In this document: positions 24,350 through 37,857 of the stretch, in pieces
How positions within the stretch are numbered: the first letter of the stretch is position 1
Layout: each line of letters starts with the position of its first letter
DNA from: Eledone cirrhosa
Taxonomy: Eukaryota
Assembly: GCA_964016885.1 (NCBI GenBank)
Contig: OZ024740.1
Span: forward strand, 155,248,001-155,312,000
DNA length: 64,000 nt
Direction: 5' to 3'
The notes under the pieces: generated by a model
Database searches by the model: none
What the model saw: only the letters and a program-made list of their open reading frames with translations
What the model was told of the DNA's origin: nothing
Translations under genes and position numbers: made by a program

Positions 24350-24486
24350 GGAATTTACTTCACAACCACATGGTTTTGAGTTCACTTCTACTACCTGGCA
24401 CCTTCGGTAGGGTCTTCTTTTTTAGTCTTGCTTTGACTAATGCCTTGTGAGTGAAATTTGGTAGACACAAAATGGAGAAGCCTGTC

Positions 24487-24518
<32 letters not shown>

Positions 24519-25589
24519 ATACATATGTATATGTGTGGATGTGAGAGAGTGTGTGTGTGTGTATGAGTATGTCCATACCTATATTTATATTAGTGTCTGT
24601 GGTTGTGTTTATTTCCTGTCACTTAGCAGTTCAACAAAAAAGAGATTGATAAAATAAGTGTTTGAGTTGAAAAAATTGTCAGTTAGATATGATTAACTAA
24701 ATCTCTATAAGGAGGTGCTCCAGTGACAATCTAATGGTTGAAACTGATAAAAGAATAATACAAAGTATATCCACAAGGCCAGAAATTTGGGAGAGAATGG
24801 TTAGTTGATTGAATCAACTCCAGCACATGACTGATATTTGATTTTATCAAACCAAGAAGGATGAGAGTGGATGAAATCCAAAGAAGTCCTTTGTAGGATT
24901 TAATCTCAGAATGCAAATGAGCCAGAACAAATACCACAAGGCCTTTATCTGACACCCTCTTCTTAAACAGACCTTGGATTAAACAACAGCAGCAGTAATG
25001 AGACTACAAAGAAACATTCACATGGTTACTCGATTTCTAAAAATAGCAGCTGGATCTCCTTAAAATCACACTTCACTGTAGATATGCTCGGATCAGGGGT
25101 GACCTGGGGCTAAACAACAACAGCAACAAACATCTTTTAACCAAGTTGAAATAAAATTAGAAGCTTCTTCTCGTATGAAATATATTATATAAAGCATAGT
25201 AAAATAAACCCCCAAAAAACTATAATAATCAACAATAAATAACAGACATGAAAATTATCAGTCAGCTGGAGGGAAGGAACGGAGTGGGGAGTTCTAAAAT
25301 TTCAAATTTTCTAATTATCATAGACAGACAGTAAAACAAATAAACTGATAATGAGATAAACAGGAGGATGAAGTCAGCAATTAAAGAAGTGAAAAAAAGA
25401 AAAAGAAGCAAACAAAAGAAAACCAACAAAAAATTGTTATACAGTGATTTATTAGTGTCCTCATCTTGGTTGTCATCATGATAATATACTATCTGGCCTT
25501 ATACAAGTAGGTGCCTGTCTCATTTGGTAATGTTCTTGGAATGTCATACCAAACCTTTTAAACAAACCATAAGGGTAGATTGATCTTAT

Positions 25590-25950
25590 TCCATTGTCAC
25601 AACAAAACAGCACCCAGTCCACACTGTGGTAATGTAGGTGTCATAACAAAAAGTGCTCAGCCCACACTGTAAAGTGCCCAGTCCACACTGCAAAGTGGTT
25701 GTATAGGTGTCACGACAAAAAGTGCCCAGCACATACTGTAAAGTGGTCATGTAAGTATTACAACAAAAAGCACCAAACACACACTGTAAATGTGGTTGGC
25801 GTTAGGAAGGGCATCTAGCTGTAGAAACCAAACCAAAATCAGTTCGGTGTGAGCGAAACATGGTCCTCCAACCTATCTCTCATAAAGGGACAGCTAGTCC
25901 TACCCATGCTAGCGTGGAAAAAGGAGGTTAAACGATGGTGATGATGATGG
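25590..25950 (+). mobile_element. RTE 3' UTR remnant with expanded ~42-bp tandem units
   Basis: Repeated CACACTGTAAAGTGG...AAAAGCACCCAG units, then GTTAGGAAGGGCATC and a (GAT)n tail. Confidence 0.75.
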
Positions 25951-28149
25951 TGTCCATGTCTGAGATATCCTCATATGAGTTAGTTGTTGAAGCAGAACAA
26001 ACAATATGACAAGTAACTAATAACTAATATGAGGATATCCAGAGCATGAACAATGGAATGAGAACAATTTACCACCATGGTTTGTATTAATATAAGAGGC
26101 TTTGTTAGTAATTCCTAAAACATTACTGAATATAATAAGTATCCAAAGAAGACAGAAGGATACAATGACTAAAGAGGACACCAGTCTTAATTATTTTGTT
26201 TATGATATATAAAAAAATAAAAAAATGCTTCATCTCAGAAATTCAAACAAAATTTAGAAAGAAAAAAAAAGATTAGAGAATTTAATTAAGTTCAGATGAA
26301 ATAACTCTGTCCACTGCAAACTATAAAAGGTAATGTACAAATATGTACATTATTTGACTTACACAAACTGTATGATACAATAAGCTGGGGTGTGTATGTA
26401 ACCATTAGAGCCAATAAAATATAATAGGCTGCAAAGATGCCAGATCGATGTCATAAAAAAAGAATGCAGCATTTTTATAAGATTGTGTTGTCCAAAATAA
26501 AAATTTAGCTAATAAATTAATATATTTATCTTCACATATACACATATATATGTACGTGTATATATATATATATACACACACGTTGAAGATAGACGTTAAA
26601 CGATGATGATAGAATATATACAGTTGGCTTTCCTGCTGATTTCTTTTGAATGAAACAGTTCTAGTCCTGTAGAAGCCATTTCTATATTAAATTTGATGTT
26701 TACACTCTTCTAATGTATTGAGTACCTTACTGTGGGAACCGCCCCCTACCCGATTGAACCTGGGATTCACACACATATATGTGTGTGTGTATATATATAC
26801 ATATATATATCAAAAGATTCCCTATAGAGTTGATGTCAGGAAGGGTATCCATCAGTAAAGCATTGTCTCAAAAAATCTGTCCTAACCATGCTAACATGAA
26901 AAAAAAAAACTGATGTAAAATGATCATGACTTTCTTCAATAAAATGAAAGGACACAATAGATGTTTTCAAGAAACAAGATGGTCATGGTTGGAATGCTGT
27001 GAGTCGACTGGATCAAGGCTGATTTGGGTCTCAAAAACAATAACCAAAACAATAAAAGAAGGAATTAAAAAATTGTCAAAAAATAACTTTATAAATTAAT
27101 AAAAATAAAATAAATTAAAGATAAGACAAAATGTAAAGAAAAAATGATTTTGAATATTGAGTAAAATTACCCCCACCATGACTACCATAAAAAATAGTGG
27201 TAGTAATAATGATAATAAAGATAGAGATTCAAGCATCACCACCACAGAATACAATCTTTATCAGAGAATCATTGATATTCTCTCTCTGCCTCTTTCTCTT
27301 TCCTCCATCTCTCACCCTCACTGTCCCTCTCTCTCCTTCCTTCACCCTCCCTCACACACATACATACGCTCTCCCTCAATCTTCAGTGTAAATTATTAAC
27401 AAGGTAGCTTGAGGACAGTTTTTGTGTTTCACATTAGTTTGGTAATTGCTTTCACAAAGGCCATGTTTTACTATTTTCATGTAATTCTTTTTCCCTGTCT
27501 ATTGAAAAATAATGAATGTTTCTACCACACACGTGCGTGTGTGTCTGTGTCTTTGTATTACATATGACACTACTGACACAGGTGGTGACATCTGTTTATG
27601 TCCTGCATAAACAGAAATCCTATGGTTCAAGGAATAAGTACATGGCATGGCATGGTTCCATAACTCTTGAGGGAGACGTTGGGCTGCCATATTGGCATAC
27701 AGCGTTTCTCGGGCATTATTTTAACATGGCATACAGCAGATTTCTTTCTGGAGAGAGGAAATGAGAAAGTGATATAGAGAAAGAATTTACCCCAGTACTA
27801 GCCTGGTACATTTTTTTTTATCGACCTTGAATGGATGAAAGGCAAAGTTGACCTCGGCGGGATTTGAACTCCGAGAGCAGGGAGCTGGAAGGAATATCAT
27901 AAAGCCTTCTATCCAACGTTCTATCGACTGTGCCAATTTCTTGCCAGTCAAGGAATAAGTACCATACTTTAAAAAAAAGAAGTAAGGGTTAACATCAGGG
28001 AGAGCATCATGTCATTGAACACTACTTAAAAAAAGTCTCATCCAGTCCATGTGAGCATGGAAAAAAAAAAAAACAGACAGGAAGTAAAAATGAAGCCCAT
28101 GAAGATAACAACAATGATGATGATGATAAACAACAGCCATCAAACATTA

Positions 28150-28530
28150 TAATATGCATAGTATCTAGAATACAAACAGGATGGAAAAAGTTTAGAGAGC
28201 TACTACTTTTGTTGGCAACAAATGGTTTCTCCATAAATATGAAAGGTTGGCTGTATGATGCCTGTGTATGATGTGCACTACTGCATGGTAGTGAAACATG
28301 GGCAGTGACTACAGAGGATATGTGAAGGCTAAAGAGAAGTGAAGAGATCATGATTTAATAGATGCAATATTAATGTGCGTGGATGACAAAGCATGGAAAC
28401 TGAGAAAGAAAGTGAATAGAAGAAGAATCAGATGTTATATGCTGAGCTGGTACGGGCATGTAATGTGCATGGATGATGATCACTGGGTGTAGACAAGCCA
28501 AACATCCCAGTTGACGGAAGACTTTGAAAG
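28150..28530 (+). mobile_element. Old degenerate RTE fragment
   Basis: GWKKFRELL, LYDAC and LHGSETW remnants. Confidence 0.8.
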
Positions 28531-28929
28531 GAATAATCCAATTATTGTTAGCAGCTTCAAAAATTCAGTCATATTACTCATTTTATAATAGAAAAAAGCA
28601 AATGATGATGATGTCGATGACAATGATGACATTGACGTTGATGACAACAATGATGATGATAATAAATGTTCACAATAATTAAAAATGATGAAATAAGGAA
28701 AAAAAAATCATAACGTAATTCCCCTAAATATATTCTCAGATATATTCTTTAAAAGATGTACCCAAATTGCTTTCTGTTAATTGGTAATCTCTCTAATTTA
28801 CTTCCTCAACTAATTCTTGGCTTCTACAATAAATGATTAGGAAAATTAGAGACAAAGGAAAGAAAGAAAGAAAGGGATAGAAAGGTGAAGGAAAGAAGAT
28901 GGAGAGAATAAATATATTTCGCAGCTGCA

Positions 28930-29366
28930 AGAATCTAAAGAGGTTGTTCTGTTGCTGTGCGTGTGTGTGTGTGGCTGTGAGTGTATATGTGTATATTTCT
29001 GTGCATCTGTGTGTGTGTGTGTGTGTATATGTGCATATTTGTGTGTATCTGTGTGTCTGTGAGTATGTATGTGTATTAGTGGATACTGTGGGTGTATCTG
29101 TCCGTGTTAATGTGTGTGTGTGTTTGTGTTAGTGTATCTGAATCTGTGTGTGTGTGAGTGTGTGAGTGTGTATATGTGTTTCTGAGTGTGCATGTGTACA
29201 TCTGTCTATGTACTTATATGTTTGTGTGTCTGAATCTGTGTATTTGTGTGTGTAAGTGTATGTACATATATATGCGTGTATGTGTCTGTATTTGTGTATA
29301 TAAGTATACGTATGTGTGTGTGTGTTTATAAGTGTCCATGTTCGTATCTCTGTGTGTTTCTGAATA

Positions 29367-29407
<41 letters not shown>

Positions 29408-29516
29408 ATGCGTGTGTGTGTGTGTGTGTATACATCTGTGTCTATGTACCTATGAGATTATGTACCTATGAGATTATGTGCCTGAATCAGTGTATTTGTG
29501 TGCGCAAGTGTATGTG

Positions 29517-29577
<61 letters not shown>

Positions 29578-29660
29578 TTCTGTATGTAGGTGTATGTATG
29601 TATGTATATATATATATGTGTGTGCATCTGTCTGTATTTGTGTAAGTGTATGTATGTATA
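28930..29660. repeat. Long compound (TG)n/(TA)n degenerate microsatellite
   Basis: Directly visible. Confidence 0.9.
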
Positions 29661-30752
29661 TTCCTTATATTTTTCTTTGTCAGTTTGTTTATTTGTTTGT
29701 TTAGTCACTTTATTGAGAAGAAATGGCAAATTGAACAACAGAAATTGCAACAATAAAATCAACAGCAACAGAAAAGAAATAAAATAAAATGAAACGAAGG
29801 AACCTCCTCCATACCCTCCCTCTATCAGAATAAGTAAACTACAATACAATGTTGTAATAATTAAACATAATACCAGATCTTAATTGAAAATCAGTTCAAG
29901 AATGGTAGGTATGTATAGGTATGTGTATGTATGTGTGTATATATGTGTGTGTGTGTGTGTGTGTGTGATGCATATATGCATAAACAAATATGTATGCACA
30001 TATAACTATACAAGCATATGCATGCACATATGTCTATCTCTCTCATATATATATATATATACACAAACATACACAGTCACATATAAGTGCACATGCATGT
30101 ACATCTCCCCCTCTCTCTCTATATATATATATATGTGTGTGTGTGTATGTATAAGTGTGTGTGAGTGTGCATGCATATTTAAATAAAAAATTCATTAATT
30201 TTTTTTTTTTCCTAACAGAAAGAATTAACGAGTTAGGTTCATAGATTAGCAAAACAACAAAATGATTTCGGAAAAATAAATGAACAATTAAATGATTTAG
30301 TTATGGAGGATCGACTAGCAAATCAATTAATTTGGGAGACTTAACAATCAACGCAACATCATCATGGAATGGTGGAGCTTAGCAACCAGTTTGATGAGTT
30401 AGCAGCAACCTCAAACCTTACTGAAACAGGCAAATTAACAACCAGTTCTATTTAGAGGAAGTAACTTAGCAATTATATTGTTGAAAAAGATGGTGAATTG
30501 GCAGAGTTATTAGAGCATTGGATTGAACCACCCACAGTATTTGTTCCGGCTCAATGTGCTCCGATTTCAAATCCCACTGAGGTCAACATTGCCGTTTTAT
30601 TCTTTTAGAGCAGGGGTTCTCAAAGTGGGTGCTACTGCCCCCAAGGAGCATTGAGAAGGTCCAGGGGGGGGGGGGCACTGGGGTCTAAGGCGGCAGTAGA
30701 GATGATATAATAGTATATTAACTATCAAATAACACATATTATATATATATAG

Positions 30753-31446
30753 TGGGGGGTAGATATCTTGTCTTTAATGCATAGAAATATCCGAGACTCC
30801 CAGCAGACAACTGATGAGGAAACCCCGCCCCCCGTTTTTACTTTCTTCTTATTCTTATTTTTAAGCCTAACTTAACTAGCAACTACACACCCAGTCCTAT
30901 TCTCTATATATTTTATCATGTTTTGCTGTGACCCATGTTCTCTCTCCTTCTACCTACCTATTTTGTTGCTATCTACTCTTCCCCCTCTTTCTTTCTCTCC
31001 CTCTCACTTTCACTCAACCTCTCTCTTCTAGCCATCTCATTGTTTCCCTCGCCTGACCCTCTAGCAGTTCTTTTCTCATTAACACTCACTGGGATCAGAC
31101 GTGTCTTTTCGCTCGTCCACACAATCTAGAACTTATGTTCAGTAATTGTTGTGGACTTTAATTTTCTCTCTTCGAATCGCTCACCCACTCTTTGGTTTGT
31201 TGTTTCCCATTTTTTTTCTCATTTCTCCTTTTTTCCCTTCTGTTATCCTATATTTTCTTTCTCTCCCTCCTTCGTTTTCCCAATAACTTACCTAGTTATT
31301 GAACGTACTGGGGGTAGATATCTTGTCTTTAATGCGTAGAAATATCTGAGACACCCAGCAGACAACTAATGAGGAACATCCCCCTCTTGCTTTCTTATTT
31401 TTAAGTATACCTTATCTAGCAACTACACAGCCAATTCTCTTCACAC
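30753..31446. mobile_element. Non-coding element with ~140-bp direct repeats in (TA)n, probable tandem PLE pLTR remnant
   Basis: TGGGGGTAGATATCTTGTCTTTAATGC... at 30753 and 31309. Pyrimidine-rich interior. Confidence 0.55.
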
Positions 31447-31495
31447 ATATATATATATATATATATAAATTGAGCATATATATATATAAATTAAG

Positions 31496-33680
31496 CACAT
31501 TGAGCCAGAAACAGGAGGTATTCAAGATTGCGAGGCAGTGTGTCAGAGATAGTTGTGATGTCATTGGAGAGAAGTGTATCCGGAATGATAAAGGTGAGCT
31601 TGCCCTCACAAGTGCTGAGAAGAAAGATGCATGGAAGAGTCATTATGATAGATTACTAAATGAGGAGAATGCATGGGAAGAAGAGACCCTACCCCACGTA
31701 GACCCTATAGAGGGACCAGCAGTACAAGTCAGCGGCAGCGTAGTAAGTAAGGCAATCAGAGATATGAAGATAGGGAAGGCAACCGGTCCATCGGGTATAG
31801 CTGCCGAGATGCTGAAGGCATCTGGGTCTGTAGGTCACACTATAACCACACGTATCGTTAACCAGGTAATACTAGAGGGGGCCATACCAAAAGATTGGTG
31901 CAGTAGCATCATTGTCAACTGCTACAAAGGTAAAGGCGATGCACTAGATAGAGGAAACTATAGAGGTATAAAGTTGATGGACCAGGTCATGAAAGTAACA
32001 GAAAGAGTTATAGCACAGCTGATTAGGGACCGGGTGAATATAGATGAGATGCAATTTGGGTTTGTACCAGGGAAAGGCACCACTGATGCCCTCTTCCTTG
32101 TGAGGCAATTACAGGAAAAGTACCTAGCTAAAAGTAAGCCACTCTACTTGGCATTTGTCGACCTTGAGAAAGCCTTTGACAGAGTTCCACGTGCAGTAAT
32201 CTGGTGGGCTCTTAGAAAACTAGGAGTAGATGAATGGCTTGTGAAAGCGGTACAAGCCATGTATAGGGGAGCAGTCAGCAAAGTTAGGATTGGCAATGAG
32301 TATAGCGAGGAATTTAGCGTACAGGTTGGGGTCCACCAGGGCTCTGTTCTTAGCCCTCTCCTGTTCATCATAGTCCTGCAGGCAATAACGGAGGAGTTTA
32401 AGACCGGATGCCCATGGGAACTCCTGTATGCTGATGACCTCGCACTCATAGCTGAATCTATGGTAGAACTAGAGAATAAATTCCAAACCTGGAAGCAGGG
32501 ACTAGAGAGAAAGGGCCTCAAAGTCAACATGACAAAGACTAAGGTCCTTGTAAGTAGACGAGAAAACAGAACCCAGATCCCCTCAGGGAAATGGCCTTGC
32601 TCAGTATGTAGGAAAGGTGTAGGTAGGAACTCCATTCTCTGCCCCAAATGCAAACAATGGGTACACAAGAGATGTAGCGGGATCTCAGGAAGCTTAATTA
32701 AGAATGTAGGATTCACATGCAGCAGCTGTGCTGAAACAGCAAGCAAACAGCCACAGGAAACAAGTACCACCAATCTCTGGGAGGGCCCTGTAGAAACAGT
32801 AGACAGCTTCTGCTACCTAGGTGACCGAATTAGCAACGGAGGTGGGTGCTCAGAAAGTACAATAACTAGGGTAAGAACGGGATGGAAGAAGTTTAGGGAA
32901 CTACTACCACTGCTAGCTGCAAAAGGCTTCTCCCTCAGAATGAAAGGCAGACTGTATGATGCGTGTATCCGAACAGCGATGTTGCATGGTAGTGAGACCT
33001 GGGCGCTGAAGGTGGAAGACTTACGTAGATTAGAGAGAAACGAAGCCTGCATGCTCCGATGGATGTGTAACAGTAATATACGTGAACGACAAAGCATAAA
33101 GGAATTGAGAGAGAGACTGAGCATAAGAGGAATCAAATGCTGCGTGCAGGAGAGGCGGTTACGCTGGTATGGACATGTGATGCGTATGAAGGATGACAGC
33201 TGCATAAAAAGGTGCAGAGCACTAGAAGTTGATGGAAACCGCGGAGTGGGGAGACCCAAGATGACTTGGGATGAGGTGATAAAAGCCGACCTTACCCAAC
33301 TACACCTCTCAAAGTCAATGACACACGACCGTGACTTCTGGCGTCACGCAGTAATACAGGGTACCCGACCTCCCATGGGTACATGCTGAAGCATATAAAC
33401 AATATGCCCCCCCCCCACCGCAAGGTGGCCGTGGAGGTGCCACGGCAAAAAAAGCACCCAGCCCACACTGTAAAGTGGACGTGTAGGCGCCACGTAAAAG
33501 CACCCAGCACTCACTGTAAATGAGGTTGGTGTTAGGAAGGGCATCCAGCTGTAGAAATCAAGCCAGATCAGTTCCTGTATGAGCAAGGCATGGTCAGCCG
33601 ACCAGACACTGCCCACAACAGGACTACCCGTCTAACCCATGCTAGCGTGGAAGAACGGACGTAAAACGGTGATGATGATA
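31496..33680 (+). mobile_element. RTE family A LINE, 5'-truncated with uninterrupted RT-PHD-C-terminal ORF
   Basis: ORF 31470..33389 has QFGF, DLEKAFDRVP, QGSVLSP, YADD and RLRWYGHV..GRPK..W. No endonuclease domain. (GAT)n tail. Confidence 0.97.
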
Positions 33681-33707
33681 TAAAGTAAAATTTAAAAATA
33701 TATCATA

Positions 33708-34541
33708 CTAGCCGCAGTACCCAGCGTTGCCTGGGTAGGTAAAATAATATCTGCTTTGATGAAAAGGTGTTGTTCTTAGCGACTGCTTCTTGATGACTCA
33801 TCTATGGCCACACACAGGCCATGCGGGGGAGGGTGGTGATGACCTCTATCACTGGGAAACGCGGGTGACTGACGAAGGGGCATGCTGGGGGAGGTGGAGC
33901 CGAAGTTTCGAATTTGAACGAAATCGGTTGAAAAATGGTTGAAAAATGTGGGAGCTAGAGCTGAAAAGGTGGAAATTTGAGCGAAAAGGTGGTATTTTTG
34001 AATATTTAAGCGGCAGCCACGCCGTTCCTGAACCAAAAAATCCAAAATGTAAAGCCACTTTAAGACATGAAATAATCAGATCTAGCATAGTGTAAAATTT
34101 GAACAAAGTAGGTTAAATAATGTGAGAGCTAGAGCCGAAAAAGTGGAAATTTGAATCTAAAAGTGGTATTTTTGAATATTTAAGCGGCTGCCACGCCGTC
34201 CCTGAACAACAAATGCAAAATATAAAGCCATTACAGGATGTGCAATGATAAATTCTATTTTGCTTTAAAATTTGAACGAAATCAGTGGCAAAATGTGGGA
34301 GCTAGAGCCAAAAATCTTATTTTTCGATACCTAAAAAAATGGTGCCCCCCTCCCCCCCCCCCATATCGATTTTTATCTGCAGAATGACCCCGGAATAAAA
34401 AAAACGATACGCTGATATATAGAAAACACTCCCCAATGACTAATCTATGAGCCTGTAAAGTTTCATGAAAATCGGCCGTAAGATGTACACACACACACAC
34501 ACACATACTTAATTTTATATATAATTTTATATATATACAGA
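33708..34541 (-). mobile_element. Non-autonomous Helitron
   Basis: Minus-strand 5' TC, 3' hairpin ACCCAGGCAACGCTGGGT then CTAG, no TSD. Internal ~170-bp tandem repeats and a (GT)n tract near the 5' end. Confidence 0.8.
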
Positions 34542-34657
34542 TTTATCTATACATAGTATATATCATATTTATTATATATAAATTAATGAGTTTATTTATT
34601 ATATATTATTTACAATTTGCGTGTAGGTAGGTCTTTTTGGAAATAGTGTTGGGGGGC

Positions 34658-35845
34658 GTGTCCCCGCTGTTCGTTGTTTTGAATATCTGCCTTTCGGTAG
34701 AAGTTGCAGTGGATCCCTCCCTGTTCCGTGATGTTGATTCCGCCTGCAGGGACCTGTTCGTCCACTACAAGTCTGCCCTCCCTAACACTGCTAAAAGAGG
34801 ATATATCACGAACGAGATCACGCGAATTAAAAACAGATGCAGCAATTCTGCGAGTGGTGTCACTGATACCAAGCGATTCCTCAAAGTGCTGGAGACAAAC
34901 AGGAACCCTGCCTCACTCACAGACAGAATAGGAGACACCAGACACAAGAGACAGAGAGGCACCCAAGGCAAGTGCTTCCTTAAAATACCACACCTGAGCG
35001 AGAATACCACCAACGCTATCCGCAAGGCTATACGGAGGGCCCCTCCCTGCGAAGATGCCTCTCCAGGAAACTCGGGAAATCAACTGACACGTGTTCCCTC
35101 AGAGACTGCCCGATGCACCATGTGAACTGTTGCCTATGCACATACGTCGTGTATAAGATAGAATGTAACAAGTGCAACCACTACCATATAGGTAGCACAA
35201 TCTGGTCGCTACACATTCGGATCAAGGAGCACATTAACACCAGGGCCTCGTCTTTCCGGAAACACACAACCAAATGAGGAAACAAAGACGGAAGGCCCAT
35301 TGTCACAATTCTAGCGACGGAAAGAAACGTCGACACATTACGAATCAAGGAAGCACTTTGGATCAAACGCCTAGGGCCACAAATAAATAACCGATCCGAG
35401 AGAAGCTAAATGAGGTGGTTAAGTAAACAAACGATACAACAACACACGCACACACACACACACACGCGAGACAGCAACACACGCACACACAGTAGTATTC
35501 CACCATACGAACATACAACACTGCTAATACAGACGAATGAGGCAACAACACACGCACACACTCACACACAAGCGAGACAACAACACACACACACACACAG
35601 TAACATTCACCAAACAGGCAGAGAATACTACCACCACCACGCACTACTCAACACTGCTAATACTGAAACCAGCACAGACAGACAATACAATGGATTGACA
35701 GCTAACGCCACCCCACTCCCACAATTAAAAGAACTATTTCGGCCGCCGACCTATACTTGACCGACCCCATTTCACGCGCACGCGCGCTCTGCTGAATACC
35801 TCAGATATTCGAAACAACAAACAGCGGAGGACACGTTTCGCACCA
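34658..35845 (+). mobile_element. Penelope-like element, 5'-truncated with inverted 5' pLTR piece, GIY-YIG remnant
   Basis: DLFVHYKSALP..KRGYI and VVYKIECNKCNHYHIGST..RIKEH. 34658-34690 is the reverse complement of 35802-35835. An internal deletion near 35035 shifts the frame. Confidence 0.9.
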
Positions 35846-37456
35846 GCTGTAGAAATCTAGTCAGAAACAGTTCTGTATGAGCAAGACACGGTCACCCAAC
35901 ATGCCTCTAATGACACAAACCCATCTAACCCATGCTAGCATGGAAAATAGACGTTAAACGATGATGATGATGATATATATATATTGGAATGGTCACACCT
36001 GGAACAACTTTAATAATAGTCTACTTGATCAAATAGAACACAGCAGGGCTGAATGGTTGAAAACTTAACTTTGTAATCGTGCAGTTTGATCCCACTGTGT
36101 GATATATTGCATAGAAGTTTTATCGTAACCTGTGGTCAAGCCAAACCTATTGTTTTTTTTTTTAAGGAGGTTGGAAAGCTTGGGTACAATTGTAGCTGTT
36201 GTTATATGTTCTCTTACCACTGCTTATAACTTTACATTAGTGTGTGTATGTATGTGTATATACATGTATATATATATGTATGTTTATACATGTATGTATA
36301 TCTATGTGTATGTATATGTGGTGTGGTAAATAAATATATACATATACATCAGGTCTGAACACAATGGAACCAAACTCCTACTCTCACTGGCTCCATATCT
36401 CCTGCTCTCCCCATCTTTCATTATTATAAGCAAATATGGGCCCACGCGCTGTCCGCCCCATGGACCCAGCGGACAGAATAGAGAAGGCGTTTCCCTGGTG
36501 GATGGTGAGGGAGATGCATTGGAAGAACCATCCAGCTCGCGAGGCTCACATTTGCTTGTAGCCAACTCTGTGCCGATGGTGGTGAGTAGGGAGGTGTTCC
36601 TGGGGCCAAGGACACCAGAAGTCTCTCCTGAATGAGTGAATTTGGGTAGATGGAAACTGTATGGAAAGCTTTCAGAGGATAAAAGTTGTAATTAGATCCC
36701 CACACCCTACATATCATGCTGATGGCTCTCTGTCATACTGATTGAATTTGAGAATTATGTTCAGAATTCACATGTCTGTGGGATACTCAGCGACTTACAC
36801 ATTAATCTAATGTGTTGGCCATTCCATTGATCAATCAACTAGAACATCTCATCATTGAAGCTCACAGAGGTCCATTTATTTTACTTGATCCAAGCTGACC
36901 TGGGGCTAAACAACAAGGCAACTAGCTAAAAAGAAAAGCTAACAGATGGTTTCTTTCAAGGAGGAGAAGAAGTAAAGCTTTTAATAACTATGTCTGCTGA
37001 CAAACTACTGCTGCTGTACTAGCCTTCACCTTCTCTTCTGCCTACTCTCCTCCCTCACACTTTTTATCTTCACTTCTACATTATTTCTATCCTTACCCTC
37101 ATATTATCACCCTTTATCCCTTTCCTCCTTATCTCTATAAACAACATCTCTCTCTCTTACCTTCATCTCCCTCTTCTTCTTTCTCCCCACCATTGTCTTC
37201 ATATATCTACCATTCCTTATCTCCTACTCTCTTTCCCTGTATTCTTCTTGTCTTTCTCTATCTTCATTCATCCCCCACTTTCTTGCAGCCCCTTGTCCCT
37301 TTAACAAATCCATTTTAGAGTTATGGCCATGACCCAAGTGGATTAAATTATCCACAGTTCAAATACAATGCAAACATCATGTGATAAGCATAATGAACTA
37401 CTGGTTCTATATATGTCACACACACACACTTATATATATATATATATATATATATA

Positions 37457-37826
37457 TCATCATCATCATCACCGTTTTACGTCAGTTCTTCCACGCTAGC
37501 ATGGGTTAGACAGGTTGTCTTGTTGTGGACAGTGTCTGGTCGGCTGACCATGCCTTGCTCATACAGGAACTGATCTGGCTTGATTTCTACAGCTGGATGC
37601 CCTTCCTAACACCAACCTCATTTACAGTGAGTGCTGGGTGCTTTTTCGTGGCGCCTACACGTCCACTTTACAGTGTGGGCTGGGTGCTTTTTTGCCGTGG
37701 CACCTCCATGACCACCTTGCGGCGGGGGGTGTGGGAGCATATTGTCTATATGCTTCAGCTTGTACCCATGGGAAGTCGGGTACTCTGTATTACTGCGTGA
37801 CGCCAGAGGTCACGGTCATGTGTCAT

Positions 37827-37857
<31 letters not shown>

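Larger units (their letters stand above)
30611..34657 (+). mobile_element. hAT-like MITE split by nested insertions (intact relatives at 49051-49310 minus and 55874-57001)
   Basis: TIR CAGGGGTTCTCAAA. Pieces 30611-30745, 33680-33707 and 34541-34657 align in order with the 55874-57001 copy. Confidence 0.7.

Noticed and set aside
28899-30252. Many YI/CV/HT-rich ORFs here and throughout the window
   Set aside because: They are translations of (TA)n, (TG)n and (CA)n microsatellites.
30811-30822. CTGATGAGGAAA hammerhead-like string
   Set aside because: No stem II between the motifs, and it is not conserved in the second repeat.
35785-35825. CTGCTGA...GAAA variant hammerhead
   Set aside because: No NUH cleavage triplet or stem III follows.
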